A stretch of 64,000 nt of DNA. Origin: Ginglymostoma cirratum (lineage: Eukaryota). Of this stretch, positions 37,313 through 49,418 are shown in pieces. The stretch lies in the NCBI GenBank assembly GCA_024137785.1, contig JAHRHZ010000092.1, positions 720,300 through 784,299 of the forward strand, given 5' to 3'. The translations under genes were made by a program, and so were the position numbers. The stretch's first letter is position 1. Each line of letters opens with the position of its first letter. The notes beneath the pieces are model-generated. The model saw only the letters and a list, made by a program, of their open reading frames with translations, was not told the origin of the DNA and made no database searches.

Positions 37313-38402
37313 TATTTAAATTCACCTGAAAAACCGATTCGATTTAATATTGAACCAGAAATATGTACCCTTAGGACAGCTTCTAAAATTATGAAACGCT
37401 CTTTCACGGTCGTTGTATTAGCATTGAATTTGAACTGAAATATCTAAATTCGTACCGATGAATTTCTGCTGAGAGGCAGAACTGTTATCAAGTTACCAGT
37501 TCCTGTACTATTTTAAACTTTAGGAAGAGAAATTGATCTAGCCATTTACTAGATATGCACCAAAAAGCTAACGCTTTCCATGTGGAAGAATAAGAACCAA
37601 TTATACAGGATGAAATAAGTTAGAAAGAATCAAGGAACACCTCCATACCCTCTTTATGTCACACTCTTACTTATTCAACTCCCGGCAGTCTGTTGAAAGA
37701 GGCACACAGTCTTAGGTTGCACTGGGACATGAACAAACAATTCTTTCAGATAATGCTTCGCTGCATAAGAAGCCACAGCGTTTACGTCTGGGATGCTGGG
37801 TTTGTTTTTTTTAAAAATATTGGTCCATTTCACTGACTACCCACTGTAAAAATGAGCACTGCTTATCTACACAATCAAAAACGCTAAAATTTGAAAGACG
37901 CCATTCAATTTCCCACTAGCCTAATGAGCTGTATCATTTTACATAGTCGCAATTCTACTGCAATCATGAGCTGGAGGGTGTGTTTCGCTGGAAGTGACGT
38001 TTGCATAATGATAACGCTAGGATGCTTGGTATTCAATTAGGTATAACAGAGAAAAACATCATCAGACGTCGTATTGAACCGCTTTCCATTCACAGGTCGG
38101 ACGAGTGCGCAATTAATAAGCCATGTTGCATGAAGTTCATTATCTTATTTTGATGGCTGCGATGTTCGCAGGTAGGTTACATCAACACATTTTGCAGAAT
38201 AAAGAACGATAATGCCAATTTTCATTCAGTTGATAACAGTTCTGCCTCTCAGCAAAAATTCATCGGTACGAATTTAGATATTTCAGTTCAAATTCAATGC
38301 TAATACAACGAGTTTCACGCGTGAAAGAGCGTTCCATAATTTTAGAAGCTGTCCTAAGGGTTCAATATTAAATCCAATCGGTTTTTCAGGTGAATTTAAA
38401 TA
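37313..38402. repeat. Long inverted repeat pair (37313-37491 / 38230-38402) enclosing a V promoter and leader
   Basis: ~166 aligned bp with about 3 substitutions and two indels. Confidence 0.93.
37990..38000 (+). promoter_or_regulatory. ETS-CRE composite promoter motif
   Basis: GGAAGTGACGT ~120 bp upstream of ATG 38123. Confidence 0.6.
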
Positions 38403-38980
38403 AGCCCAGAACCATAGTCTAACATCATATGAGAATTCTTACAAATTTTTACCTTGTAGCAACCCCTTCAAAAGTTTATAATCACGTTGTTGTGTTTTGG
38501 CCGATGTTGTGTGCAAATTGGTCGTGGTGTTTATTGAATTTGAGCTTAGACCACGCTTTAGAAGTGTTTCAATGTAATGTGCTTTGGGTTCTCTCGAGTA
38601 CCAAACTTTTTTTTAAAGACTTGAAATTCAGTCCTGTTCCAATGTATTATTTATTTAAGTATAAACTAATCATTGTTCCATTTGACAGGAACACTCGCCT
38701 CTTACGTGGAGCAGTTGCCTTCGACTGTATCAATTGCATCAGGACAGTCGACGACATTGAAATGCACGCTGAAGAATACTGGCTACCCCAACATGTTCTG
38801 GTACAAACAACAGCCAGGCCGGGCATTTGAAGCTCTATTCAATTCTGCTGGAGAAGGGATTGTTTCAAGTTACACGTTCGACTCGTTTAACGCGGAAAGA
38901 ACCAGCAATACGCTGTTTACTTTGACACTGAATGGTACCTCTCCATCTCACACCGGTGTCGACTTCTGCGCTTGTAATAT
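38123..38980 (+). CDS. TRBV: TCR beta V segment (distant TRBV30-like), open frame with atypical FR3 end; leader 38123-38171, V exon 38689-38980
   Basis: Leader MLHEVHYLILMAAMFA + G|GTAGGT; acceptor tttgacag; YVEQLP..LKC..MFWYKQQPG..LFNS..FTLTL..SHTGVDFCACN. Confidence 0.88.
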
Positions 38981-39019
38981 CACAGCGTTTCGTGAAGGTG
39001 GTCGGTTGATGCAAAAACC
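38981..39019 (+). other. 23-RSS
   Basis: CACAGCG 38981-38987, 23-bp spacer, GCAAAAACC 39011-39019. Confidence 0.9.
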
Positions 39020-40244
39020 TGCCATGATCATTTATTTTCCGCCACACTTTCGCAGCAATAGATGACAGTTCAGAGCACAGGTCATGGAGTAACAAAGGGT
39101 ACAGAAGGACATCATTCACAATTCCATTTCTCTTCCACTGATTCCACGGATGTCCGACGAATACAAATTGTTGTCCTCTGCTTACCGAACTCCTGGCCTG
39201 GACCCACATTACCCTGTTTCATCTTGCGAATTTATTTAACTGGATTCCTATGTTCAATTTCCACTCAGGTGACCCTCCATTGTGCAGAACTACAGCAACG
39301 TCCCCATCTTGACACATAATTTAAATTTTACACCACTAGAATCCGAAGTATGCATCTGTATTCACATGCTCTGAAACCTTCTCTTTAATATTGCACCACA
39401 CGCAGGTGAAAGCACAGGTCGAACTTGAAGTCTATCATTCCGCCAGCGGGTGGCTGCACTGTATGGACTCACCGTGCCGATTTTAATTACAAGATAACAG
39501 CGATCCAATTATTTAAAACTTAGCTCCGGTTGACATGACAGATGCGGTTGTCACAATGTTCGCCGTGTTTTAAATCGGCCGAAGAATTAAGACAGAACAT
39601 AATTAAAAGGTGCTTAAAAGGACATAAAGTGGAAGCTTTCGTCTTGCAATTAATCAAGGATCAAAAACAATAAGAAAAAGAAACAGCTTGAGGAAAGAGG
39701 TACAGAAATTTAGACAGCATGAGAAAAGAGTGCTGATTGGTTGACCTAGGTTTGATGTGGAGATGCAGAAGATACCATTTCCCGTCTTGGGGTGTTAATT
39801 GTTTAAATTCAAATCAGGTAGGTCCATTCTGATTCGTCAGCACGTTGCAGTGCATGTGATGCAGAGGTTGGCTGTCTTCATCAGCAGCCCTTTACTCAAT
39901 GGAAAAGATGTAATGTGTGGACATTTTTGGTTTGCCTATACGTACTGTAGTTGTCCAGGCCTTATTACATATGAATATGGATAACATCGGTATCTGAAAA
40001 ATTTGAGAAGGTTTGTGAAATCATCAGTTGAACACCCCACTTCTAAATTGAATTGGAAGAAAAGACTTGAATAACCAACTGGAGCTGGGCTTACTTCGGA
40101 CATTGTCCTGCAGAACCCTGGAAATAATGTCCTGGGAGGAACACAATTGCTAGCCAACAGCTGCAATTATCTTAATAGGTGATTGATATAGCTCACACTC
40201 CCATGGAGTTCACTAGAAACTTTGATGTGCTATTTATTTAAATG

Positions 40245-40620
40245 AAAACTTCATGGAAATCTATAAAATTCTAATAGGACTAGATAGGATAAATGCAAAA
40301 AGGATGTCTCCAATGAACTAGGAGTCCAGAACAAGTGGTCACTGTTTCAGGAAACAGGATAAGCCATTTAGGACTGAGATATGGAGAAATTTCTTCACCC
40401 AAAGAGTGATGAACCTGTGGCATTCTTTGTAATAGAAAGTAGTTGAGGCCAAAACATTGAGTGTTTTCAAAAGAAGTTAGATATACTTCTTAGCACTGAA
40501 GTGATCAAAGGCTATAGGGTGAAAATGAGAACAGGATACTGAATTGGATGATTACCTTAATCATATTGAATGACATAGCAATCTCAATGGTCAAATAGCC
40601 TACTTCTGCTCTTTTTTCAA
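40245..40620 (+). mobile_element. CR1 3' end fragment
   Basis: YKILIGLDR..RNFFTQRVMNLW remnants. Confidence 0.7.
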
Positions 40621-41305
40621 TGATGTAAAATCCAAATACGATTTCTTTATGTTTACTCTATCAAAATGCTTAAAGGATTGCACTTGTCTTCTAAATCAAT
40701 CATTGTCTTTTCTGCTGTGGGGAAACAGTTCAATAGAAATATGAAATTGGTAACCTTAAACCTTAAAATATGACTGATTTATACAGTGCAAAGACAATCC
40801 ACCATGCCTGACCCATTTTTTTACTCAGTCACCTGTTCTAACAGCTGTTTTGAGCATTTTCTGATAACTGTTAAACCACTGGCTTTTTTGTGCCTTTTGA
40901 ATAGGTTTCAAAGGCAAGCAAAGAACACAACCTTTTAGAGTTCATTTGGCAGATGCAAGATGGAACTGTCTTTCCTGAAACAAAGAATCATAGAAAGTGA
41001 AAATAAAAACTTTCAGGCCATGGAGCGTGGCATTAATTATGTTCCTATTCCTCTTCATCTCAGCCTATCAGCACACACTTCTACTATTTCTCTCTAATGA
41101 CTTTATCCAGCTTTTCTCTCAGCTATATCTGTTCTACTTAATTCAACATTTTCTACGTGGTAGCAAATGCTGCACTTTTTCTAAACTCTCAGGAAATTCT
41201 TGATTTATTAATTTATAACATCAATATAAATTAATGATGTCTACTTTTCATTTCCCAAATTTCAATTACTATTGTCATCTGCTCATTCCCAATATCCCCA
41301 CTTTT

Positions 41306-41456
41306 AGATAACAAGGTGTACAGCTGGATGAACACAGCAGGCCAGGTAGCATCAGAGGAGCCCAAAACGTTAGCTTTCCTGTCTGGACCCTCCTGCTGTG
41401 TTCATCCAGCTCTACACCTTGTTATCTCAGACTCCAGCATCAGCAGTTCCTTCTAT
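41306..41456. mobile_element. Older fold-back Penelope-like insertion
   Basis: Inverted arms of the same family; diverged flanking repeat tatccccact/tatcctcact. Confidence 0.6.
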
Positions 41457-42784
41457 CCTCACTGTCAGGTTCTTTTCAAATGCTTATCCAATTTCCCTTT
41501 GACAATTACTATTCATTCTGTTTCCTTCTCACTTTTAGACCGTTTTTTATTATCAAATTCATTATCTAAACAAATTCCTCAATTTAAAATCGGTATAGTT
41601 ACCAAAGGTCCTGGATTTGAGCCCTCTACAGTGGCCTCCAATCCTAGTTAGCTCTTCCAGGAATTGGTCAGCACTCTTTTTATTCATTAGTGGGATGTGT
41701 GTGTCACTGGCTGGACCAGTATTTATTCCCCATCCCCAGTTGCCTTTGAAAAGGTGGTGGTGAGCTGCATTCTTGAACAGCTGCAGTCTATGTGTTGTAG
41801 ATTTACCCATATTCCCCTTAGGGATTGAGTTCCTGAACTTTTGAGTCAGCCATGATGAAGGATCAGCAATATGATGTCAAGGCAGACCAGTGAGTGGCTT
41901 TTGTGGGTTTGGGAGTTGTTGTCACTTACAGGTGGTGGTGTTCCAAAGTATCTGCTGTCCTTGTCCTTCTAAATGGAAGTGGTTGTGGGTTTGGAAGTGC
42001 AGTCAAAAGATCTTTGGTGAATTTCTGCAGTGCATCTTGTAGATAGTACACATTATCACTACAGAGCTTTGATGGTGGAGGGAGTGGATGTTTATGGATG
42101 TAATGCCAATCAAATGGGCTGCTTTGTCCTGGATGATGTAAAGCTTCTTGAGTGTTGTCAGAGCTGCACCTGACTTATGCCTTGTAGATGATAAACAGGC
42201 TTTGGGAAGTTGGAGGTTAATTATTCACTTCTGGCTTTGTCTTGTAGCCATTGTGTTTATATAGCAAGTCTAGTGAGTTTCTAGTTGATGGTAACCCCTA
42301 GGATGTTGATTGTGGGGTATTCAGTGATGGTAATACCACTGAATGTTAAGGCTCACTGGTAGTTAGATTGTCTCTTATTAGAGATGGTCATTGCATGACA
42401 TTTTTGTGGCACAAATATTACTTACCACTTGCAAAAACGAATAATGTAGATGCTGGAAATCTGAAGTTAAAAACAATGAAAGATAACAAACACTCAACAT
42501 ACCAGTCAACATTGATGAAGAGAAATATAGTTAATAGTTCCATTCAGGTAATCATTAACTTCTGAGTATTTCTAACAATTTATCATCTTTGTCATGATCT
42601 CATTGATTGGTGCAGCAGACTTGATGGTACTTCTGCTTCTATGTTTCATAGTCACATTCAGGTACTGACAAGTCTTTTTCTGGGAGGCAAGAAATGTTGA
42701 TTAATTTGTCCTTCCCACTTGACTCTTTATCATGCAGGTGAACAGGACAGCAATTCCCACTGAATGTTCAGACATTAAAACTGT

Positions 42785-44915
42785 TCACAACTCCTTAAGT
42801 TAGAAGATAGCTATGAATAAGGATAAATCAGGATCTTACGGGAAGCTGCTAAAGTGGGGCAGGGCAAATTATGTCAGTATTAGGCAGGAGCTGGGGATTG
42901 TTAATTGGGAGCAGCTGTTATTAGTCAAGTTCACATTTGACATGTGGGAGTTATTTAAATGCATACTGATCAAAAGTTTAGGAACGGCATGTTCCAGTAA
43001 GGAGGAAGGACAAGGATGGTAAGGTAGGCGACCATTGGATGATAAGGGAAATTGTGAATTTAGTCAAAAAGAAAAAAGGAAGCATATGAAATGTTTAGAA
43101 AGCTAAAACTGACCGGGCCCATGAGGAATGTAAAGAAACAGGAAAGAACTCAAGCAAGAAATTCAGAGAGCAAGGCCGGGCCATGAAATGTCCTTGACAA
43201 GTAGAATTTTAAATACAAGGCATTTTATGTATACGTTAACCGCAAGCGAACAATTAGGGAGAGGGTAGGACTACTCAAGGATAAAGGAGGGAACTTGTGC
43301 TTGGGGGCAGAGGATATAGGCGAGATCCTAAATGAGTACTTTGAATTGGTATTCACTGAGGAGAAAGACATGGGGGAAAGTGAGACTAGTGTGGGGCACA
43401 CAAATATGCAAAGGCATTTTAAGGTCAAGAAAGGAGTGATGTTAGGTCTCTTGAAGAACATTAAAGTGGATGAGTCCCCAGTGCTGGATGGGATCTACCC
43501 AATTTTATTCAAAGACACAACAGTGAAGGACTCTGGGGCCTTGACCAAGACTTTTGTATCTTCTCTAGCCACTGGACAGGTCCCTGAGTACTGGCAAGTA
43601 GCTAATGTTGTTCCTCTGTTCAAGAAGGGAAATAGGGACCGTCCCGGAAATTAGAGACCGGTGAGTCTCACAACATCAGGTCATATCTTACTAACTTGCT
43701 TGATTGATGTTTTTGAGGATGTGATGAGGGTGATCGGTGAGGGCAGAGCAATGGATGTTGTTTACATGGGCTTTAGTAAGGCTTTCGATAAGGTCCCTCA
43801 TGGTAGGCTCATCCAGGAGATTACATTGCATGGGATCCGTGGCGACTTGGCCATTTGGATTCAGAATTTGCTTGGCCATAGAAGACAAAAGGTTGTGGTG
43901 GAACTGTGTTTTTCTGACTGGAAGTCCATGACTATTGGTGTTCCACATGGGTCCATACTGACACTTCTGCTGTTTGTGATTTATGTAAATGACTTGGATG
44001 AAACATAGATGAGTATTTGTTTGTAGTAAGTTTGCGGATGACACAAAGATCTTGGGAGCTATGGATAGTCAAAGGATACAGCAGGATATAAATCAGTTGC
44101 AGATATTGGGGGGCAAAATGGCAGATGGAGTTTAACCCAGGCAAGTGTGAGGTGTTGCATTTTGGACAATTAGATGTTAAGTATACAGCTAATGGCAGCA
44201 TCCTGAACAGCACTGATGTACAGAGGGATCTCAGGGTCCTAGTTCATAGCTCCCTGAAAATGCCACACAAGCAGATAAGGTGGTAAAGATGGCATATGGC
44301 ATGCTTGTCTTTATTGATTGTGGCACTGAGTACAAGAGTCAGAAAGTGATGCTGCAGCTTTATAGAAGTTTGGTTAGGCACACTTAGAGTAATGCATTCA
44401 ATTCTGGTCGCCACACTACAGGAAGGATGTAGAGGATATGGAGAGGATGCAGAAGAGCTTGACCAGAATCCTGCCTGGATTAGAGGGTATGAGCTAAATG
44501 GAGAGGCTAGATAAACTAGGGTTATTTTCTCTGGAGCGCCAGAGGCTGAGGGGAGACCTGACAGCGGTTTACAAAATTATGAGAGGCATGGACAGGGTTA
44601 ACAGTCAGAATCTTTTTCCCAGAATTGAAATGTCTAATACTAGAGGGCATGCATCTAGCGTAAGGGGGGTAAATTCCAGGGAGATGCAAGGGACAATTTT
44701 TTTTAACATAAAGAGTGATAGGTACCTGGAATGCGCTGCCAGGGTGGTGATGGAGGCAGACATAATAGGGGCTTTCAGATGAGCACATGAATAAGCAAGG
44801 AATGAAGGGATATGGGTCATGGGTAGGCAGAAGGGATTATTTTAATTTGGAACCATGTTCAGCACAACATCGTAGACCGAAGGGCTCGTTCCTGTGCTAT
44901 ACTGTTTTATTTTCT
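42785..44915 (+). mobile_element. CR1 LINE, 5'-truncated and degenerate
   Basis: ORFs 43295-43654, 43661-44008 (FSKAFDKVPHG), KFADD, 44498-44782; 3' UTR. Confidence 0.9.
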
Positions 44916-44994
44916 ATTTGAGTTACACTACACTAAAAATAAAAATTTTAAACAGTATCCACATGAACTTTTCACCAGAGATGTCTATTCTACA

Positions 44995-45157
44995 GAGATA
45001 GTGGGAACTGCTGATGCTGGAGAATCTGAGATAACAAGGTGTAGAGCTGGATGAACACATTTTCTGAAGAAGCGTCTAGGCCCGAAACATCAGCTTTCCC
45101 GCTCCTCTGATGCTGCTTGGCCTGTTGTGTTCATCCAGCTCTACACCTTGTTATCTC
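44995..45157. mobile_element. Fold-back Penelope-like insertion
   Basis: Inverted arms; CTGAAGA..GAAACATC at 45064-45091; near-identical direct repeat tctattctacaga / tctattttacaga. Confidence 0.72.
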
Positions 45158-48100
45158 TATTTTACAGATCTTGGTTGTGTTGCTGGTGTAAGTAGGGCTG
45201 AACGGTGAAGTATCGGTGATTTTGAATACTATTGCTTCCTATATCCCCTTCGTGATATAAACCACCTTTTCCCTACCTCATTCTAAACCATTTAAGATGT
45301 AGGTTCTCTCTCCATCTGTTCGGATGTCACTACCTGTTTGGAAATATTTGTCACTTTCTTTTCTCTCTGTAAATTTTTTTTTCTCTAGTCTGGCCATGCC
45401 TTTTAAACTTTTTATCCTGTATCTATTTCGGTCTTTTTCTTTGGCTTACTCTCTCCCATTATTTGTCATATGGGCAGTTTTGTTTTTGTACTTGGTGGTA
45501 GGCAGGACTGGGGAAATGCTACAGAGACAAAATTATTAAACTTAGGCTTTGCCTGCCATCTCAGTTGGACATGGAACTTTTTAAATGTATAACAGAAGCA
45601 GAACAATGGTGTCCTGCTAATGTCAAAATTAACATTTACCATAGACCAAGTTGGCCAGCAACTGGTTATTCATAATTGTCATTCATGAGAGGCTGATGTA
45701 CACTTGGCAGCCATGATTCCTATAAAATAACACGTGTCCATGGATCAAAAGAAGTCTCTCCCTGGTAAAAACGGTCATAACTCAAACTCTTTGTTTAAAT
45801 TTAAATTCCTGCCTCCCCACTGAGTTGGGGCATCACATTGTTGATTGTCTGAATTCATTAACCTTAGTATTGTGAATGTTCTCTCTTTTATTTCTGGCAC
45901 TAAATAAGATCAAGTTGAATTATTCTAAGTTGTTCACTGGTATAATTCTTCCAAGAAAATAATTTAGTCCCTGCTCATAGACTTGATGTTTCTTTCTCCT
46001 TATCTAAGGCATTGGACTCAACCCAGAGAAGGACTACTAGGCTGATTGTCCCTCCATATACAACCTTAAAAGGAGTGGTTAGCAGGTTGGACATGTACTC
46101 ATTGTAGCTTATAAAAATGAGGGGCAACTTTATTGAAACATTTAAGATTCTTCAGGGATTTGACAGGTACTTCCCCTTGTGGGAGTGTCTAAGACCAGAA
46201 GGCATGATTTCAGAGTAAGGGGTCACCCTCTTAAGACAGAGATAAGAAAATTTTCGCCATCACAGAGGGTTCCCATAGATATTTTTAATAAAGATGTTAT
46301 GACAACCTCTGGAACAGGTGGGACTTGAATCCAAATCTTCCAACTTCTCCAAGTTATAAGCAAGTTATCACTGCACCACAAGAGCCCTCATTGGAGGTGG
46401 TCAATCTGTGGAATTATTTACCACAGGGCACGGTAGAGTCATTCAGTATGTCTAAGGCTGATCAAGACATATTTCAATCAGTAAGGGAATCAAAGGTTAT
46501 GAAGCAAAAGCAGGAAAGTGGAGTTGTGGATTACCAGATCAGTAATGATCTCATTGAATAGTGGAGCTGATTCAATGGCCATTGAAATAAAGCAAAGAAC
46601 TAAGGATGCCAGACATCTGACCAAATTCAGCAGGTCGAGCAGCACTATGGAGAGAAAGCAAAGCTAACTTTTTGAGTCCAGTGAATCTTCTTCAGAACTG
46701 AAGGTATTCTGAAAAAGGGTCATTGGACCCAAAACATTAATTCTATTTTATCTGGTAATCTTGGTATTGAAATAGTCATGTTATTTCTTAGCTAATTGCA
46801 AACTGGTTATATCTGATTACTGATTTGCTGCTGGTCCTAGAGTTATCAAGTTTCGTTGTAAATTGACATTGGGTAATGGATGCCTTTTTAAGTAAATTGA
46901 ACTTGAAGAAAGCTTCAAATTTCAAATTACAATCATGTGAGCCATGAACAACACAATTGTCCAACTTGAAAAGTGGCAGTAACCTGCTGGTGCAATCAAC
47001 TATTCTATGAGGAGCTATTTAAGCAAATAAATTTTCATGGAATGGGGATGTCATTTGCCAAGGCAGATTTTTTGGACCAACTCTCATTGACCTAGAGATT
47101 GTGGTGGATTGCGTTCTTGAATGGTTAGAGTCCAGGTACACCCACAGCGCTGTTAAGTGCTATTAAGGAGAAAGTTCATGTTTTGATTTGACCTTTAAGT
47201 ACAGGAATACAGTGAAAAGTGTATAATGTCGCCACACACAGATACAAAGGTACCTAGATACAAAACTTAGATGCCAGTAATAGGATAGACAAACAAAGTT
47301 AAAAAGTAAAGCATTGTCGTTGTTCCTAGTTAAAGTAGAAACATTAAGAAATAAAGTTGAAAGTTAACATTACAGTCCTTCCGAATATTAAATGGAAAAT
47401 TAAGCAATAAAGATAAAAGTTCACCAGTCTTTCTTAGCTGCAAGAGCTCTGTTTCCTGTGCTTTGGCCCACTCTCTGGAGAGCTCGGGCTTCTGTTCTCG
47501 ACGCCGCAGATACTGGGGAGCGACACTTCAGACTCGCTGGAACCACGTTGGGTTCTGACCCATAGCCGCTCCATGCAGCGGATCTCCAGCCGACACCGCT
47601 CGGGGCCCATAGCCGCTGCCATGCTCACCGCGATACCATTGCCGCTACTGCACTCTCTCCGGGAGGTAAGGATGAAAATACGAGAAAGAGAAAGAAAAGC
47701 AGAATGCGAACGGGCCTACCGTGTCGGTGTTTGAATAGCTGGATCGCTCTCCCATCCGCACTGCCGGGTCCCGCTCTCGCTGTCACTGCCTTAAAAGGCC
47801 TTTTTTTTAAAAAAGAAAAAAACAGAAAAAGAATGCTGAATAACAAAACAAAACAAGAAAAGTAGGCGAAGGCGGACGAGCTCCAGACCAGGAGCTCGAA
47901 TGCTGTACAGCTACTGTGCCGCCACCATATTGTTGTCTCTGGGAAGTTATTGACGCACCAACGGTCATGGAACAGCAAATCCGTTCCACTTCAGGTTGGC
48001 GACGTGTCTTGGAGCGGAACTTGGTGATGGTGGGGTTCGCATGCATTCACTGCCGTTGTCCTTTTAGATGGCAGAGGTTCCGACTTTGGAGGAGCCTTGA

Positions 48101-48342
48101 TGAGTTAGGTTTGTGTTAAACAGACTAGATCATATAAATTTCAAACGGAGTAGAACCACATCGCTTCATGGTGGGCCACACTGATGATGTTACCTAGCAT
48201 AGTGACCAAACGTCTGTACATCATCAGCAAGCTCGGCGAGCAAGCCAACTACCTCATCCACGACCCGAGCTACAAATCTTTGCAAGAGACTTGGTGAGTT
48301 TTTGCACTGTATCTTGTAGATGGTATGTCCTCCGGCCATTCT

Positions 48343-48561
48343 AGATAACAAGGTGTGGAGCTGGATGAACACAGCAGGCCAAGCAGCATCATAGGAGCAG
48401 GAAAGCTTGACGTTTCGAGCCTAGACCCGAAAGGACCTGAAGGGTCTAGGTCCGGAACGTCAAGCTTTCCTGCTCCTATGATGCTGCTTAGCCTGCTGTG
48501 TTCATCCAGCCCCACACCTTGTTATCTCGGATACTCCAGCATCTGCAGTACCTTTTATCTC
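48343..48561. mobile_element. Fold-back Penelope-like insertion
   Basis: Inverted arms; direct repeat tccggccattcta at 48331-48343 and 48560-48572. Confidence 0.75.
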
Positions 48562-48687
48562 CGGCCATTCTATATCAGTGGTGGAGGGAAGGAATGTTGA
48601 AGGTGACGGATAAGTGTCAATCAAGAAGAACAAAAACAAAGTTGCTGGAAAAGCTCAGCAGGTCTGGCATCTATGAAGGAAAAAACA

Positions 48688-48727
48688 GAGTTAACGTTTC
48701 GGGCCTGGTGACCATTCCTCAGAACTG
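48688..48727 (-). ncRNA. Minimal hammerhead motif in a related Penelope-like repeat
   Basis: Minus strand AGTT-CTGAGGA-atGGTCaccaGGCCc-GAAAC-GTT-AACT; stem I AGTT/AACT. Confidence 0.55.
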
Positions 48728-49418
48728 TTCCTGATTTGCAGCATCCTCAGTTCTTATTTTCTCAATCGAGAGGGTTGTTTTAGCCTGGATGGTGTGGAGC
48801 TTCTTGAGTGTTGTTGGAGTTTCACTCATCCAGGTGATGGAGATTATTTCATCACACTCCTAACTTGTGCCCAAAGCTGCGAAAGCTTGTGATTTCAAAT
48901 AAGTCTTTTGGACTATGACCTGGTGTCCTGTGACTTCTGACCTTATCCATCCCAGTCCAACACCGGCACCTCCACATCCCGATTTGTCCCTGATAGCGCA
49001 GAGTTTGAGCTGTCAGTCATGGAGTTCTCATCACAGAATTTCCAGCTTCCCGACTTGATTACTTGTACAGATTAGTGCCGAGTGGTCATACGGCACACCC
49101 CGCTCCGCCCCAAAAAACTTATTTCTTCCTTGAAATTTCATTAACTTAAATTCAACTACGAGAGGAAAATGAAAATATTTGCAATGGAGCAAAAAAATGC
49201 ATTTTAAAAATTTGGTTTATGGGCTCTCCCTTCTTGATTGTTATGAGTCAATTACATTACCATTTCAGGCGAGACTTGCATGTAGGCAAGCACCGCCTCC
49301 CCGCAAAACGGGGTGGAGATCATTTCTGTGGTGCAACGTCTGCGTATGACGCGCTTGCACTTAAATGAATCTCCGATCCCGACCAACTAGCAGAACGTCT
49401 GTTAAATCCGAAGCAAAG

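Noticed and set aside
39465-39540. Minus-strand GTGAGT donor preceded by an ATG (leader or J segment?)
   Set aside because: In-frame stops, no FGxG motif, no RSS
47180-47930. GC-rich stretch with ORFs 47434-47628 and 47625-47978
   Set aside because: No recognisable protein; probably a retroelement UTR or non-autonomous repeat that I cannot classify
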